This document shows, piece by piece, positions 48,933 through 59,836 of a DNA stretch of 64,000 bases. Every line of letters starts with the position of its first letter. The first letter of the stretch is position 1. The notes beneath the pieces are model-generated. The model worked only from the letters and a program-made list of their open reading frames with translations, was not told the DNA's origin and ran no database searches. Made by a program: the position numbers and the translations under genes. This stretch comes from Bacillus subtilis subsp. subtilis str. 168 (GTDB lineage: Bacteria; Bacillota; Bacilli; Bacillales; Bacillaceae), in NCBI RefSeq assembly GCF_000009045.1, contig NC_000964.3, forward strand, positions 2,666,001 to 2,730,000. Reading direction: 5' to 3'.

Positions 48933-49493
48933 CTAATCTTCCGCAGCCACTGCATCTGCTTTGGTTTCATGAACTGTACCAAATGGATGGTTAGGAGGAG
49001 CATAAATGGAGTAAAGTTTTAATGGCGTATTTCCTGTATTAATTACGTTGTGCCAAGTGCCGGCAGGGACAACAATGGCAGAATCATCATAGACATTTCT
49101 TTGAAAGTTCAAATGATCTTTGCTCTTTCCCATTTTGACGATCCCACGCCCCTGCTCAATCCGTAAGAACTGGTCAACGTTAGGATGGATTTCCAAACCA
49201 ATGTCTTCTCCAATACCAAGACTCATCAAAGTAACTTGAAAATGCTTTCCTGTCCATAAAGCAGTACGGAACGTATTGTTTTGTTTTGTGGCTCTATTGA
49301 TATTTACAACAAATGGTTTTGGTCCATAATCCTTCAAAAGAAGGTTTCTATCTTCATATGAAGAGCGCAAATCGGCACCTCTGTGTACTTTCTCCATCTC
49401 ATTTGGAATAGTCCAATAAACAGATCTTCCATCATTATACATCGGCACAGTCACATAATAATAACATTGAGGCGAAAAAGGGTTATAGTACAT
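48933..49493 (-). CDS. yrkC: Cupin-domain protein
   Basis: GLEIHPNVDQFLRIEQG and VPAGTWHNVIN cupin motifs. Confidence 0.9.
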   Translation of the reverse strand: MYYNPFSPQCYYYVTVPMYNDGRSVYWTIPNEMEKVHRGADLRSSYEDRNLLLKDYGPKPFVVNINRATKQNNTFRTALWTGKHFQVTLMSLGIGEDIGLEIHPNVDQFLRIEQGRGIVKMGKSKDHLNFQRNVYDDSAIVVPAGTWHNVINTGNTPLKLYSIYAPPNHPFGTVHETKADAVAAED

Positions 49494-49509
49494 TTTTTGA
49501 TCCCCGCAA

Positions 49510-49722
49510 TTATAAATTTTTGTGATAGTATCCTATGCATTTATTAAGGGAGTGTGCTAAATCAAGAAAACTCATATTAAACACAAAAATGAATGTTCGA
49601 TCACCGTTTGATTCATGGATGAATAATTTATCACCGACCTTGTAATCGTTTTCTAGATGTTGAATTTCACTAGCCTTTGTTAACAAGACATCGAATGACA
49701 CCTTTATATGATGGATTATCAA
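49510..49722 (-). pseudogene. Possible degenerate ASCH/DUF3850-like phage protein
   Basis: IHHIKV...NDYKVGDKLFIHE resembles DUF3850 motifs; C-terminus looks degraded. Confidence 0.35.
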
Positions 49723-50034
49723 AGGTCGACGATCCTAAATGGCTTTTGAACATTTACATAGCACAACAACAGAGTATACGGAATTCTGTTGTTTGTCCCC
49801 CCTATCCCAGCTCTTTTAGATTTATCTCTTTGGATGCGCCTTGATGGCCAGTTTTTCAGCAGCATAGAATTTATCCCCTCCTGAATCGTTATAGCATATT
49901 TCAACGCCGATAGACTTGCGGTTCCCAGTGCCGTTTGTACCGTCTCCTGTATGTGGGCTCGCTTTTAGTAAACCAGTTTATATTCTTTTTGGGCACACAA
50001 CAGAAACAATTTTCCATATGAAAATCTCGTAATT

Positions 50035-50856
50035 TTACACCTCTTTAACTTGAAGGAGGATTTTTGCATATGTATTTTCATACCCGTCAACTACCATCTC
50101 ATCCAGCATATATTCCTCATATGCATTTTCCCCTATTTGCATTCCATTTCTTTCAATGAACTCAATGATTCTCCGGTACGCCTCTTCAGTATTTCCGCCT
50201 ATTTCATATCCAACTGCATACAGGCCTTTTGGCCGTACATGATAATTTATGTTCTCTGCCCCATCTTTTACTTTTATATAAAAGTAACTGTAATTGTAGA
50301 AGTCTTTTTCTAAGATTTGTTCCCGTGCAAAGATTCCGCCTATCGGATATCCTTCATCTAATTCATATTGCTGAACTTCATGAATGAGTTCTGAAATGGC
50401 TGCCACATATTTTCGTTCTGGTAAGTTTAATGTTTTTCGGCTTAACATGAATGTTTCTTCATTTAAATATTCAAAAGAAATTGAGGAAAAATCAGTCTCA
50501 AGTGCTTGTTCTGTAAGCGTCACTTTTGTTTGTAAGATCGTTTGCAACTGCTTAAGCTCATTTATTTTTTTATCAATCTCAATAGACTTTTCTTTTAGAA
50601 CATGCAGGATCTTGTCTGGTGTTTTTCCTTTTATTAGACACTTTATTTCTTTTAATGGAACCCCAAGCTCTTTAAATAGACTGATGACTTGAAAAGTCTC
50701 AAATTGATGATAGGAATAATATCTATACCCATTTTCTTTTTTTATTTCCGGCGAGAAAAGACCAATCTCATCATAATGAAATAAAGTTTGTTTTTTTACA
50801 CGGCAGAGCTTCGAAAACTCCCCTGTTGTGAAATACTTCTTAACATCTTCGCTCAT
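50035..50856 (-). CDS. bltR: MerR-family activator BltR
   Basis: FTTGEFSKLC..KKQTLFHYDEIGLF.P....NGYRYY MerR HTH plus GyrI-like C-terminal domain. Confidence 0.96.
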   Translation of the reverse strand: MSEDVKKYFTTGEFSKLCRVKKQTLFHYDEIGLFSPEIKKENGYRYYSYHQFETFQVISLFKELGVPLKEIKCLIKGKTPDKILHVLKEKSIEIDKKINELKQLQTILQTKVTLTEQALETDFSSISFEYLNEETFMLSRKTLNLPERKYVAAISELIHEVQQYELDEGYPIGGIFAREQILEKDFYNYSYFYIKVKDGAENINYHVRPKGLYAVGYEIGGNTEEAYRRIIEFIERNGMQIGENAYEEYMLDEMVVDGYENTYAKILLQVKEV

Positions 50857-50866
50857 AAAAACCTCC

Positions 50867-50897
50867 TTGACTATACGGTAACCATATACCTTATGAT
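50867..50897 (+). promoter_or_regulatory. MerR-type blt promoter with 19-bp spacer and dyad
   Basis: TTGACT (50867-50872) - 19 bp - TATGAT (50892-50897); spacer contains the TATACGGT-A-ACCATATA dyad. Confidence 0.88.
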
Positions 50898-50972
50898 TTG
50901 ATTGTACTTGAAAAAAGCTTCAAGCGAAAAGGATAGGTAAAAAGGGTTCAATTGAGTAAAAGGGGAATTCAG

Positions 50973-52175
50973 ATGAAAAAATCAATAAATGAGCAAAAAA
51001 CGATATTCATTATACTATTAAGCAACATCTTCGTAGCATTTCTTGGTATCGGTTTAATCATTCCAGTTATGCCTTCTTTTATGAAAATCATGCATTTATC
51101 CGGCAGCACAATGGGTTATCTTGTTGCGGCTTTTGCCATTTCTCAGTTAATTACTTCACCTTTTGCAGGTAGGTGGGTTGACCGTTTCGGGAGAAAAAAA
51201 ATGATTATTCTCGGGTTGCTTATATTCAGTTTATCTGAGTTGATTTTCGGATTAGGGACCCATGTTTCAATATTTTATTTCTCGAGGATATTGGGTGGTG
51301 TAAGTGCGGCTTTTATCATGCCCGCGGTAACAGCATATGTAGCTGATATTACAACCCTAAAGGAAAGGTCAAAGGCTATGGGGTATGTTTCTGCTGCAAT
51401 TAGCACCGGCTTTATTATTGGACCTGGTGCGGGAGGATTTATTGCCGGCTTTGGTATCCGCATGCCGTTTTTCTTCGCCTCCGCCATCGCGTTAATAGCA
51501 GCTGTCACTTCCGTTTTTATACTAAAAGAGTCATTGTCGATAGAAGAACGCCATCAACTCTCATCTCATACAAAGGAATCAAATTTCATTAAAGACTTGA
51601 AGAGATCCATTCATCCTGTCTATTTCATTGCATTTATTATCGTCTTTGTAATGGCTTTTGGTTTATCAGCTTATGAAACGGTATTCAGCTTGTTTTCTGA
51701 TCATAAATTTGGCTTCACACCAAAAGATATTGCAGCCATTATTACGATTAGTTCCATTGTTGCGGTAGTTATTCAAGTTTTACTATTCGGGAAATTGGTC
51801 AACAAACTTGGAGAGAAAAGAATGATTCAGCTGTGCTTAATAACCGGTGCGATCTTGGCTTTCGTGTCTACTGTTATGTCAGGATTTTTAACTGTTTTGC
51901 TTGTAACTTGTTTTATTTTTCTGGCGTTCGATTTGCTACGTCCGGCCTTAACCGCTCATTTATCCAATATGGCCGGTAACCAGCAGGGTTTCGTAGCAGG
52001 CATGAACTCCACATACACCAGCCTGGGAAATATATTTGGACCTGCTCTAGGCGGTATACTATTTGATCTTAACATTCATTATCCTTTCCTTTTTGCAGGT
52101 TTCGTTATGATTGTCGGCCTTGGTCTTACAATGGTTTGGAAAGAAAAAAAGAATGATGCTGCAGCTTTGAATTAA
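50973..52175 (+). CDS. blt: MFS spermidine/multidrug efflux transporter Blt
   Basis: Start ATG 50973 (400 aa); GRWVDRFGRK MFS motif A. Confidence 0.96.
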   Translation: MKKSINEQKTIFIILLSNIFVAFLGIGLIIPVMPSFMKIMHLSGSTMGYLVAAFAISQLITSPFAGRWVDRFGRKKMIILGLLIFSLSELIFGLGTHVSIFYFSRILGGVSAAFIMPAVTAYVADITTLKERSKAMGYVSAAISTGFIIGPGAGGFIAGFGIRMPFFFASAIALIAAVTSVFILKESLSIEERHQLSSHTKESNFIKDLKRSIHPVYFIAFIIVFVMAFGLSAYETVFSLFSDHKFGFTPKDIAAIITISSIVAVVIQVLLFGKLVNKLGEKRMIQLCLITGAILAFVSTVMSGFLTVLLVTCFIFLAFDLLRPALTAHLSNMAGNQQGFVAGMNSTYTSLGNIFGPALGGILFDLNIHYPFLFAGFVMIVGLGLTMVWKEKKNDAAALN

Positions 52176-52343
52176 TTCATTTTCTATAAAGTTAAGTCAT
52201 TTGGATGCAGGGAATGCCCCTGGTTAGGCACAATAAGAAAAGGTACTTAATTTGATAGGCTACATGTTGCTTGACGTGAATATAGTATAAGCTGAGTTTT
52301 AGCAATATCAGGATACCGGGATAAGAAAAAAGGAGAATGTAGT

Positions 52344-52802
52344 ATGAGTATAAACATAAAAGCAGTAACTGATGATAATCGTGCTGCAATTCTTGATCTA
52401 CATGTCAGCCAGAATCAATTATCATATATTGAATCTACAAAAGTATGTTTAGAAGATGCAAAAGAATGTCACTATTATAAACCTGTCGGGCTTTACTATG
52501 AAGGAGATCTAGTCGGTTTTGCAATGTATGGATTGTTTCCCGAGTATGATGAAGATAATAAAAACGGACGAGTCTGGCTTGACCGATTTTTTATTGACGA
52601 ACGCTATCAGGGAAAAGGATTAGGGAAGAAAATGCTTAAAGCCCTCATTCAGCACCTTGCTGAGTTATATAAATGCAAGAGAATTTATTTAAGTATATTT
52701 GAAAATAATATTCATGCTATACGCCTTTATCAAAGGTTTGGTTTTCAATTTAATGGTGAACTCGACTTTAATGGTGAGAAGGTAATGGTAAAAGAGCTAT
52801 AG
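52344..52802 (+). CDS. bltD: Spermine/spermidine acetyltransferase BltD
   Basis: GNAT motif IDERYQGKGLG; downstream of blt. Confidence 0.95.
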   Translation: MSINIKAVTDDNRAAILDLHVSQNQLSYIESTKVCLEDAKECHYYKPVGLYYEGDLVGFAMYGLFPEYDEDNKNGRVWLDRFFIDERYQGKGLGKKMLKALIQHLAELYKCKRIYLSIFENNIHAIRLYQRFGFQFNGELDFNGEKVMVKEL

Positions 52803-52884
52803 ATATCCAAGCCTCCTTGTTTGCTGAGAAACGTTTGAACTTCGATAATGATTACCTACTTAAACTGCAAGATCATTGTTTAAA

Positions 52885-52920
52885 AAAGCCTGGATGAAAA
52901 TTTCATCTCAGGCTTTAAGC
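52885..52920. terminator. Terminator between convergent bltD and yrkA
   Basis: AAAAAAGCCTGGATGAAAATTTCATCTCAGGCTTT hairpin. Confidence 0.65.
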
Positions 52921-52958
52921 ATCTTATTAGTCAAAATCTCATGTGTTTTATCCAGATG

Positions 52959-54263
52959 TTATTCTTTTTTCCGGACAATTTCTAAATAATTAATATGCCG
53001 GCCAACTGTTTCGTGCACTTTAAAAATATACCCATCGGCTTCTATAACGGACCCAACTGCAGCGTCTATTTGTTGAGTCATAAACCAGCCGCCTATTGTA
53101 TCCACTTCGTCACTTGCTAACGTCGTTCCCAATAAATCATTTACATCTTCAATGAGCACTTTCGAATCTAAGATATAGTGATTATCATTTACTTTTCTAA
53201 TATTAGGCACTTCATCTTTATCAAATTCATCTCTGATTTCCCCGACAATTTCTTCAAGAATATCTTCAGCAGTGACTAAACCTGAAGTGCCGCCATATTC
53301 ATCCACAAGAATAGCGATATGTGTTCGCTCTTTTTGCATTTTTACCAATACATCATGAATTGGAACGGATTCAATAACATGGATAACAGGGTTGATATGA
53401 TTTTCTAACTTGAAATCCTCTTTTATCTTCTGGTCTGTGTCAATATAAGCTGACAAAAATTCTTTAGCATTGATAAAACCAATGATTGAATCTTTATCTC
53501 CATTTAGGACTGGGTACCTTGTATAGCTCTCTGTCTTAATGATCTTAACAATAGTTTCATAAGAATCCTCACTAGAAATCGCTACGATCTCTCTTCTCGG
53601 AATCATAATTTCTTTGGCGATTCTTTCATCAAATTCAAAAATATTATTTACATATTTCAACTCATTTTGATTGATTTCACCGCTCTTATAGCTTTCAGAC
53701 AGTAAGATGCGCAGTTCTTCTTCAGAATGAGCAAGTTCATGTTCTGATGCAGGTTTCAAACCGAAGAGTCCTACTATAAACCGGGCTGAACCATTTAAAA
53801 ACCATATAAAAGGGAACAGGATGCGGTAAAACCAAATAATTGGCTTTGCAGTCAAAAGAGTGATGGTTTCCGCTTTTTGGATAGCGAGTGTTTTAGGAGC
53901 AAGCTCTCCAACTACAACGTGCAAAAAAGTCGCCATCACAAAAGCAATCACTAAGATCAATACATGTGAGACTGTTTCACTTACATGAAAATGAGCAAAT
54001 AAGGGGTGCAAAATCACTTCAAAAGTCGATTCTCCGACCCAGCCAATTCCCAACGCTGTAACCGTGATCCCTAATTGACAAGCTGACAAATATTCGTCCA
54101 AATGAGTAATGACCTTTTTGGCTGATATGGCACCTTTTTTTCCCTCTAATATGAGTTGGTCAATTTTTGATGACCTGATCTTTACTATCGCAAATTCAGT
54201 CGCAACAAAAAATGCTGTTAAGACAATTAAAAGAGTAAAGATTATAAGGTTAATGGTTGTCAA
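52959..54263 (-). CDS. yrkA: CNNM/CorC (DUF21-CBS-CorC) hemolysin-family Mg2+ transporter-like protein
   Basis: [26 protein letters not shown] pair, CorC domain; TTG start. Confidence 0.92.
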   Translation of the reverse strand: MTTINLIIFTLLIVLTAFFVATEFAIVKIRSSKIDQLILEGKKGAISAKKVITHLDEYLSACQLGITVTALGIGWVGESTFEVILHPLFAHFHVSETVSHVLILVIAFVMATFLHVVVGELAPKTLAIQKAETITLLTAKPIIWFYRILFPFIWFLNGSARFIVGLFGLKPASEHELAHSEEELRILLSESYKSGEINQNELKYVNNIFEFDERIAKEIMIPRREIVAISSEDSYETIVKIIKTESYTRYPVLNGDKDSIIGFINAKEFLSAYIDTDQKIKEDFKLENHINPVIHVIESVPIHDVLVKMQKERTHIAILVDEYGGTSGLVTAEDILEEIVGEIRDEFDKDEVPNIRKVNDNHYILDSKVLIEDVNDLLGTTLASDEVDTIGGWFMTQQIDAAVGSVIEADGYIFKVHETVGRHINYLEIVRKKE

Positions 54264-54339
54264 TGATTTGCCTTACCTAGTAAGGCGTACACCTCCGATG
54301 TAAATATTTATTGAATAAACAAAAAACAGTATATATAAC

Positions 54340-54368
54340 ATTATAAGTTCAAAAGAACCTAAAATCAA
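54340..54368 (-). promoter_or_regulatory. SigA promoter for yrkA
   Basis: TTGATT (54368-54363) - 17 bp - TATAAT (54345-54340). Confidence 0.7.
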
Positions 54369-54525
54369 CTCTGAATGATGTAAATAATCATCTTTTTCCG
54401 TATGGAGAGTGGTTCCCATAGTCTTCAACTAACGATTAGTGGCGTTTTAAGGCTTAAAAAAGAAAGCAAAATAAAAACACACCTGAATTTTCTGGTGTGT
54501 TTCAATAATACCCAACCGTCTTGAT

Positions 54526-54669
54526 TTATTTAATGTCTTTATAAAGATTTTCTTTTAAAATTTGAATCAATTCGGCCTGTTGCTTTATATTTTTGCGGCC
54601 ATTTCTATTAATTGCAGCAAGTTCACAGACAATTCCAGCTGAAATGAAAAACAATAAACCTTCAAACAT
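54526..54669 (-). CDS. yrzO: YrzO-family small membrane protein (47 aa)
   Basis: GTGGGGG SD; MFEGLLFFISAGIVCELAAINRNGRKNIKQQAELIQILKENLYKDIK*. Confidence 0.75.
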   Translation of the reverse strand: MFEGLLFFISAGIVCELAAINRNGRKNIKQQAELIQILKENLYKDIK

Positions 54670-54686
54670 TTTAAATCCCCCACTGT

Positions 54687-55652
54687 CTAAGTGATAGTCA
54701 AATTTGTTTTTTCTTTTTGCAATACCTGCTTATAATCTTCCTTACGCTGATATATGTTATTTAAAATGAGTCCAATAATGACAAACAGTGTTCCTACTAT
54801 ATCAAAAGCAGTTATGTTATATCCTTTGATCACCATGATTAACAATGTAGTAATGGGGACAAAGTTAATAAATAAAATCCCATTAATGGATGATAGGATT
54901 TTAATGCCATAGTTCCAACTAAGGAGGGCTATGATACCTGGTAAAGTAATCATAAATAAAAAATCATACTTAATTGCTGCAATCACTTTAATACTCGGTA
55001 CCGACACGTAACCTTGCGCGGTAAGTATAGCTGTCATGATTCCTGTTATAGCTGTGCCGAATAAACATGTCAAAGTTGAATAACGAAGTGTGGACCACTC
55101 TCGGAATATCTGTCCCCCCATTGTGTAGACAACCCACCCTAAAACACCAATGAATATAAAGAGTATCGAGAATAGATGATCCCCTAATGAAAAAAAGAAA
55201 CTTATATTACCTTTGGTTATGACCATCGAAGCCCCCAAAAAGGCAATCAATATACTGATCATTGTGTATTTTTTAGGTTTCACATGTTTATATCCCCATA
55301 GAATAACAATTGAAAGCATCGGCATGAGTGCCTCGGCAATGGATGCTGTCATAATTCCAGACTTCCCCATCAACCTTTGACCTAAAAAAATAAGAACATT
55401 GTATATAGTAAACGCCATCACCCCAAATAAAATGATCCATTTTGCTTTACCCTCTAAATGAAATGATTTCTTTCCTTCTCTCACCAATAATAAAATCACT
55501 AACATAATCGTTACCACACCGTAGCGAATAAATGAAAAATAAAACGGATCAACAAATTCTAATGCATGATCTGCAACTGGAAACATCGCGCCCCAAGACA
55601 TACTTGCTACTAAACATGTAAGGGCACCAATGAATAATTGACCTTTTTTCAT
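54687..55652 (-). CDS. yrdR: EamA/DMT-family transporter
   Basis: Start ATG 55652 after AAGGAGGG; ten TM segments in two EamA repeats. Confidence 0.9.
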   Translation of the reverse strand: MKKGQLFIGALTCLVASMSWGAMFPVADHALEFVDPFYFSFIRYGVVTIMLVILLLVREGKKSFHLEGKAKWIILFGVMAFTIYNVLIFLGQRLMGKSGIMTASIAEALMPMLSIVILWGYKHVKPKKYTMISILIAFLGASMVITKGNISFFFSLGDHLFSILFIFIGVLGWVVYTMGGQIFREWSTLRYSTLTCLFGTAITGIMTAILTAQGYVSVPSIKVIAAIKYDFLFMITLPGIIALLSWNYGIKILSSINGILFINFVPITTLLIMVIKGYNITAFDIVGTLFVIIGLILNNIYQRKEDYKQVLQKEKTNLTIT

Positions 55653-55777
55653 TGAATTCCCCTCCTTTTCTTTAAAATTACAATGAGAATTATAAAAAGA
55701 AGTAAGCATCAAGTAAAATGAACAAAAGTGATGAAAAACATCATTGATAATGATACTTTAATGAAGGGGGGATCTTC

Positions 55778-56644
55778 ATGGAACTGCGAGACTTACAAAT
55801 TTTCAAATGCGTAGCCCATCACAAGAGTATTACCGGTGCTGCAAAAGAGTTAAATTATGTACAATCTAATGTAACTGCGCGGATTAAGCAATTAGAGAAT
55901 GAGCTCAAAACACCTCTTTTCAATCGCCATAAAAAAGGGGTTTCACTAAGCCCAGAGGGCCGAAAAATGATTGAATACGTTAACAAAATTTTGAAAGATG
56001 TTGAAGAACTGGAGCAAGTCTTTCTAGATACTGAAATACCGTCTGGAATATTAAAAATCGGTACAGTGGAAACAGTGAGGATACTGCCGACCATCATAGC
56101 TTCCTATTATAAAAAGTATCCTAATGTGGATTTATCATTGCAGGCTGGTCTAACAGAGGAACTTATTAAAAAGGTCATGAATCACGAATTAGACGGAGCT
56201 TTTATTTCAGGCCCCTTGAAACATTCTATTCTGGAACAGTATGATGTTTATACTGAAAAACTTACTCTTGTAACCAGTAACAAAACGTTTAATATAGAGG
56301 ATTTTTCAACGACTCCGATTCTTGTTTTTAACCAGGGGTGCGGGTATCGGTCTAGGCTTGAACAATGGCTCAAAGATGAAGGTGTGCTCCCAAACAGAAT
56401 GATGGAATTTAACATCCTAGAGACAATCTTAAATAGTGTTGCACTTGGACTCGGTATAACAGTGGTACCGGAATCTGCTGTTATGCATCTAGCTGTACAA
56501 GGTAAGGTTTATTGCCACCCATTGCCTGAGAAAGACAGCTGTATCTCAACAATTTTTATACGCCATAAAGATGCGTACCTGACAAATTCAATGCGCAGCC
56601 TCCTAAAGACCATTGTTGAACATAAAAATATGAGTATGGCTTAA
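55778..56644 (+). CDS. yrdQ: LysR-family regulator
   Basis: [26 protein letters not shown] LysR HTH; divergent from yrdR. Confidence 0.9.
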   Translation: MELRDLQIFKCVAHHKSITGAAKELNYVQSNVTARIKQLENELKTPLFNRHKKGVSLSPEGRKMIEYVNKILKDVEELEQVFLDTEIPSGILKIGTVETVRILPTIIASYYKKYPNVDLSLQAGLTEELIKKVMNHELDGAFISGPLKHSILEQYDVYTEKLTLVTSNKTFNIEDFSTTPILVFNQGCGYRSRLEQWLKDEGVLPNRMMEFNILETILNSVALGLGITVVPESAVMHLAVQGKVYCHPLPEKDSCISTIFIRHKDAYLTNSMRSLLKTIVEHKNMSMA

Positions 56645-56766
56645 AGTGATTTTTCTCTTTCTATATTCTAACTTCTTAAATAAAAGAGAAGGCTCATCTC
56701 CACTTCGCTACCCTTATTCACGCAAAAAATAGAGCAGTAAACATGTGAGTTACTGCTCTGCTTCGT

Positions 56767-57804
56767 TTATTCACCGTTCATTTGTTTTACAATGTATTCA
56801 GCATCATTTCCTACGCCTTGAAGCAACGCTGAACCTCGCTTATGCTGCCAAGGCAAACCTATAAAGTACAATCCTTCTACAGGTGAAACACCTCTATGAT
56901 GTATGATTCGACCTTCTTGATCCAAAACACCTTTTATATTTATCCAACATAAGGGATTCCTGAAACCAGTAGCCCAAATAATATTGTTTACTTCTAATGT
57001 AGATGAATCTTTAAAAATGATTTCATTTTGCTTTGCGGCAATGACTCTTTTTTTTAAGATGATCTCCTTCTGTTTTATTGCATGTTTTAATTCATGCCCA
57101 AATACTGGATCACCTTTCTTTTGAATGAATTTGCCTACTATTGATGTATGACTTGCATGTAAAACTCCTAGTTTATCAAACCACCAAAAGATGCTTCTTT
57201 TTCCGATCATTAAAGGGAAATAAACAAGTTTATTACTACAAGCTAAATATGTAACTCTTTCTTTGGATAATTCAACAGCTATTTGAGCACCACTATTCCC
57301 ACCACCAACTACTAGTACATTTCCATATGCCAATTGTTTTGAATTCTTATATTGTGATGAGTGTAGTTGATTAATATTATCGGATAAATCCTTTGATATT
57401 GATGGAATATTAGGGGTATGAAAAGGCCCTGTAGCAATGACAAGATTCTTCGTTTGATATTCTTCCCGATTTGTTTTTATTAAGAAATAATTCTTTATTT
57501 TTAGGACACTTATTACTTCTGTCCGTAATTGGATTGGAATTTCAAATTTTTTAACATACTTCTTTAGATAAGCAACAATTTCATTTTTTGAAGGAAATCC
57601 ATGTTTTTCTCCTTCAAGATGCATTCCAGGCAAAGAGCTATACATTCGAGAAGTAAATAAAACTAATGAGTCATACCGATCTTTCCAGCTCTCCCCCACC
57701 TCATGACTTTTATCCAAAATGATAAACTTTTGATCGGACTGCTTAAGATAATATCCTATTGAGATCCCTGCTTGACCAGCCCCGATTACTATAGTGTCGT
57801 ACAC
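56767..57804 (-). CDS. czcO: Flavin-dependent oxidoreductase CzcO (also called TrkA/YrdP)
   Basis: VIGAGQAG FAD motif, VVGGGNSG NAD(P)H motif, FMO-like; follows czcD. Confidence 0.9.
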   Translation of the reverse strand: MYDTIVIGAGQAGISIGYYLKQSDQKFIILDKSHEVGESWKDRYDSLVLFTSRMYSSLPGMHLEGEKHGFPSKNEIVAYLKKYVKKFEIPIQLRTEVISVLKIKNYFLIKTNREEYQTKNLVIATGPFHTPNIPSISKDLSDNINQLHSSQYKNSKQLAYGNVLVVGGGNSGAQIAVELSKERVTYLACSNKLVYFPLMIGKRSIFWWFDKLGVLHASHTSIVGKFIQKKGDPVFGHELKHAIKQKEIILKKRVIAAKQNEIIFKDSSTLEVNNIIWATGFRNPLCWINIKGVLDQEGRIIHHRGVSPVEGLYFIGLPWQHKRGSALLQGVGNDAEYIVKQMNGE

Positions 57805-57891
57805 ATTATCACCCCGCCAATTTCAAATTGTCAGTAGACAGAATCTGCAAAATCCTAGTTGATCTCCTCACTATAAAGTTAGATAAAAAAT

Positions 57892-58827
57892 TTAATGGTG
57901 ATGGTGGTCACGCTGCTTCTCCATTTTGGGCTGACAAAGGATCGCATTGTCGTGGTTATGCGCTTCGGTTTCCATTTGAATGGTTACGTGCGTAATGCCT
58001 TTATGCTCAAGTTCATGTTCAATTTTGCGTAAAATATTTTCACTTTCTGAAATGGTCAGTTGATCGTCAACAACTGCGTGGCAAGAAAGAGCATTCAATC
58101 CGCTTGTGATAGACCATATGTGTAAATCATGAATGTTTTGAATTCCCTCTGTCCCTTCAATTGTACGAATGATATCAGAGACATCGATATTTTCTGGAGT
58201 TCCTTCCATTAAGATGTGAATGGAATCTTTAGTCACATTGTAACCGCTTCTTAGAACAAGAATAGCCACAATGATACTAGCCAATGGATCTGCCCAGCCC
58301 CATCCAAAGAAGATGATAAGTATGGCAGCTAAAATGGCACCTACAGAGCCGAGCATATCGCTTATTACATGTAAATAAGCTCCTCTTATATTCAGATTAT
58401 TCTTTGTATCTCCGCCACTCATCATAATCCAAGCGACCAATAGATTCACAACTAACCCGATGATACTAATTGTAAGCATGCCGGTTGTTGCTACTTTTGG
58501 TGGATTAGAGAAGCGTTCGATTGCTTCATAAATGATATAAAGAGAAATAAGAATTAAGGCAGCACCGTTTATCACAGCTGCAAGAATCTCAAATCGTTTA
58601 TAGCCGAATGTCTTATTGTGATTTGCCTTTTTTTCAGCTAATGTAAAAGCAATCAGGGCAACCATTAATGAAATTGAATCACTCAGCATATGGCCTGCAT
58701 CAGATAAAAGCGCCAGGCTATTTGTTAAAAATCCACCTATAGCTTCTATAATCATATAACCTGTAATCATGATAAAAGAGATCAATAAAACCTTTTTATT
58801 TGCTCCTTCATTATGATTGTGACCCAT
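57892..58827 (-). CDS. czcD: CDF-family Zn/Co/Cd efflux transporter CzcD
   Basis: Start ATG 58827; SLALLSDAGHMLSD, HVISD, HDLHIW motifs. Confidence 0.96.
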   Translation of the reverse strand: MGHNHNEGANKKVLLISFIMITGYMIIEAIGGFLTNSLALLSDAGHMLSDSISLMVALIAFTLAEKKANHNKTFGYKRFEILAAVINGAALILISLYIIYEAIERFSNPPKVATTGMLTISIIGLVVNLLVAWIMMSGGDTKNNLNIRGAYLHVISDMLGSVGAILAAILIIFFGWGWADPLASIIVAILVLRSGYNVTKDSIHILMEGTPENIDVSDIIRTIEGTEGIQNIHDLHIWSITSGLNALSCHAVVDDQLTISESENILRKIEHELEHKGITHVTIQMETEAHNHDNAILCQPKMEKQRDHHHH

Positions 58828-58920
58828 AAAAAACTCCTCCTTACCTAAAGTTTTTAATACATATGTATTTATTATTTCAAATCTGTTATGAAGCATTCTA
58901 ACATGATACAAATAATATTT

Positions 58921-58944
58921 ATATATGAGCATGTGTTCATATAT
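58921..58944. promoter_or_regulatory. ArsR/SmtB (CzrA) operator upstream of czcD
   Basis: ATATATGAGCA-TG-TGTTCATATAT 11-2-11 dyad. Confidence 0.85.
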
Positions 58945-59113
58945 AAATATATCTGCTCTTTACTGAAATGTCAAAATATTTTTATAGAAATCCACAATAC
59001 CTCCTTAATTATTCTTTTATAAACATAAAAAAGCGGAGCAAACACATGGTTTGCTCCGCTACCCTAGTTTCTCTATCCTTTTCTTCAATCAAGCATTTGA
59101 GGGTAGTATTCAA

Positions 59114-59503
59114 CTACAATTTACCTGTTAAAAATTGGGCCTCACCAAGTCCAAAACTCCAGTCAGCATTATCATTTTCAACAATAGATACAATTAAATC
59201 AGTTGATGCGATACCACACTCAGATTCCAGTCTTTCAGCTAACAGCCTGTAAAATTTTTGTTTCTTCTCTTCCGGTCGGGATTTACTTGTAACTGAAAGA
59301 ACAACAAGATTTTTAGTTCGGTTAAATCCTAACCCAGTATCCTCAATAATCATATGATTTTCTGGATGTTCATGAACAATTTGATAACGGTCTTGTTGAG
59401 GCACATCAAAAGCCTCTACTACAACATTGTGAGCGACATCTAAAAGTTTTTTCAAACTTGATTGATCTCGCCCTTCTATTAAGTCAAAACGAAGTAATGG
59501 CAT
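59114..59503 (-). CDS. yrdN: Tautomerase-family protein
   Basis: Start MPLLRFDL (N-terminal Pro after Met removal) after GGAGGGG. Confidence 0.88.
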   Translation of the reverse strand: MPLLRFDLIEGRDQSSLKKLLDVAHNVVVEAFDVPQQDRYQIVHEHPENHMIIEDTGLGFNRTKNLVVLSVTSKSRPEEKKQKFYRLLAERLESECGIASTDLIVSIVENDNADWSFGLGEAQFLTGKL

Positions 59504-59836
59504 AAAATCCCCTCCTTCTACTACAACAGTCTTTTTAATTTCATTCGTTAATGTGTCAGCTATTTCCAAGCAGCTGCTACATTTAGAAAATAAAGTAATT
59601 TCCCAATAACCCCTTCATTCTGGTGTTAGTCAAGCCTATGTTATGATGTGTATTTCCATAGGCAATATACAGAATCAACTTCGAGTAATTAACCATTTTT
59701 TGAAATAGCTTTATCACTTACTTTAGAAATCATTTATTCTTCTAAGCTTTAGTTTACATGAAGCTCTGCTATCATATATAATTCAAAATTAAGATGGAAG
59801 ACATCTCAAAATCAGATATCAACTATGGAGGACTAG

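Noticed and set aside
49719-49865. yrkB as a genuine protein-coding gene
   Set aside because: It has an SD but no recognisable motif and overlaps the intron-like relic, so it is not listed as a supported CDS.
59570-59760. Possible carboxymuconolactone-decarboxylase-like remnant upstream of yrdN (NIGLT, NVAAAWK fragments)
   Set aside because: Similarity too short and scattered over frames to support.
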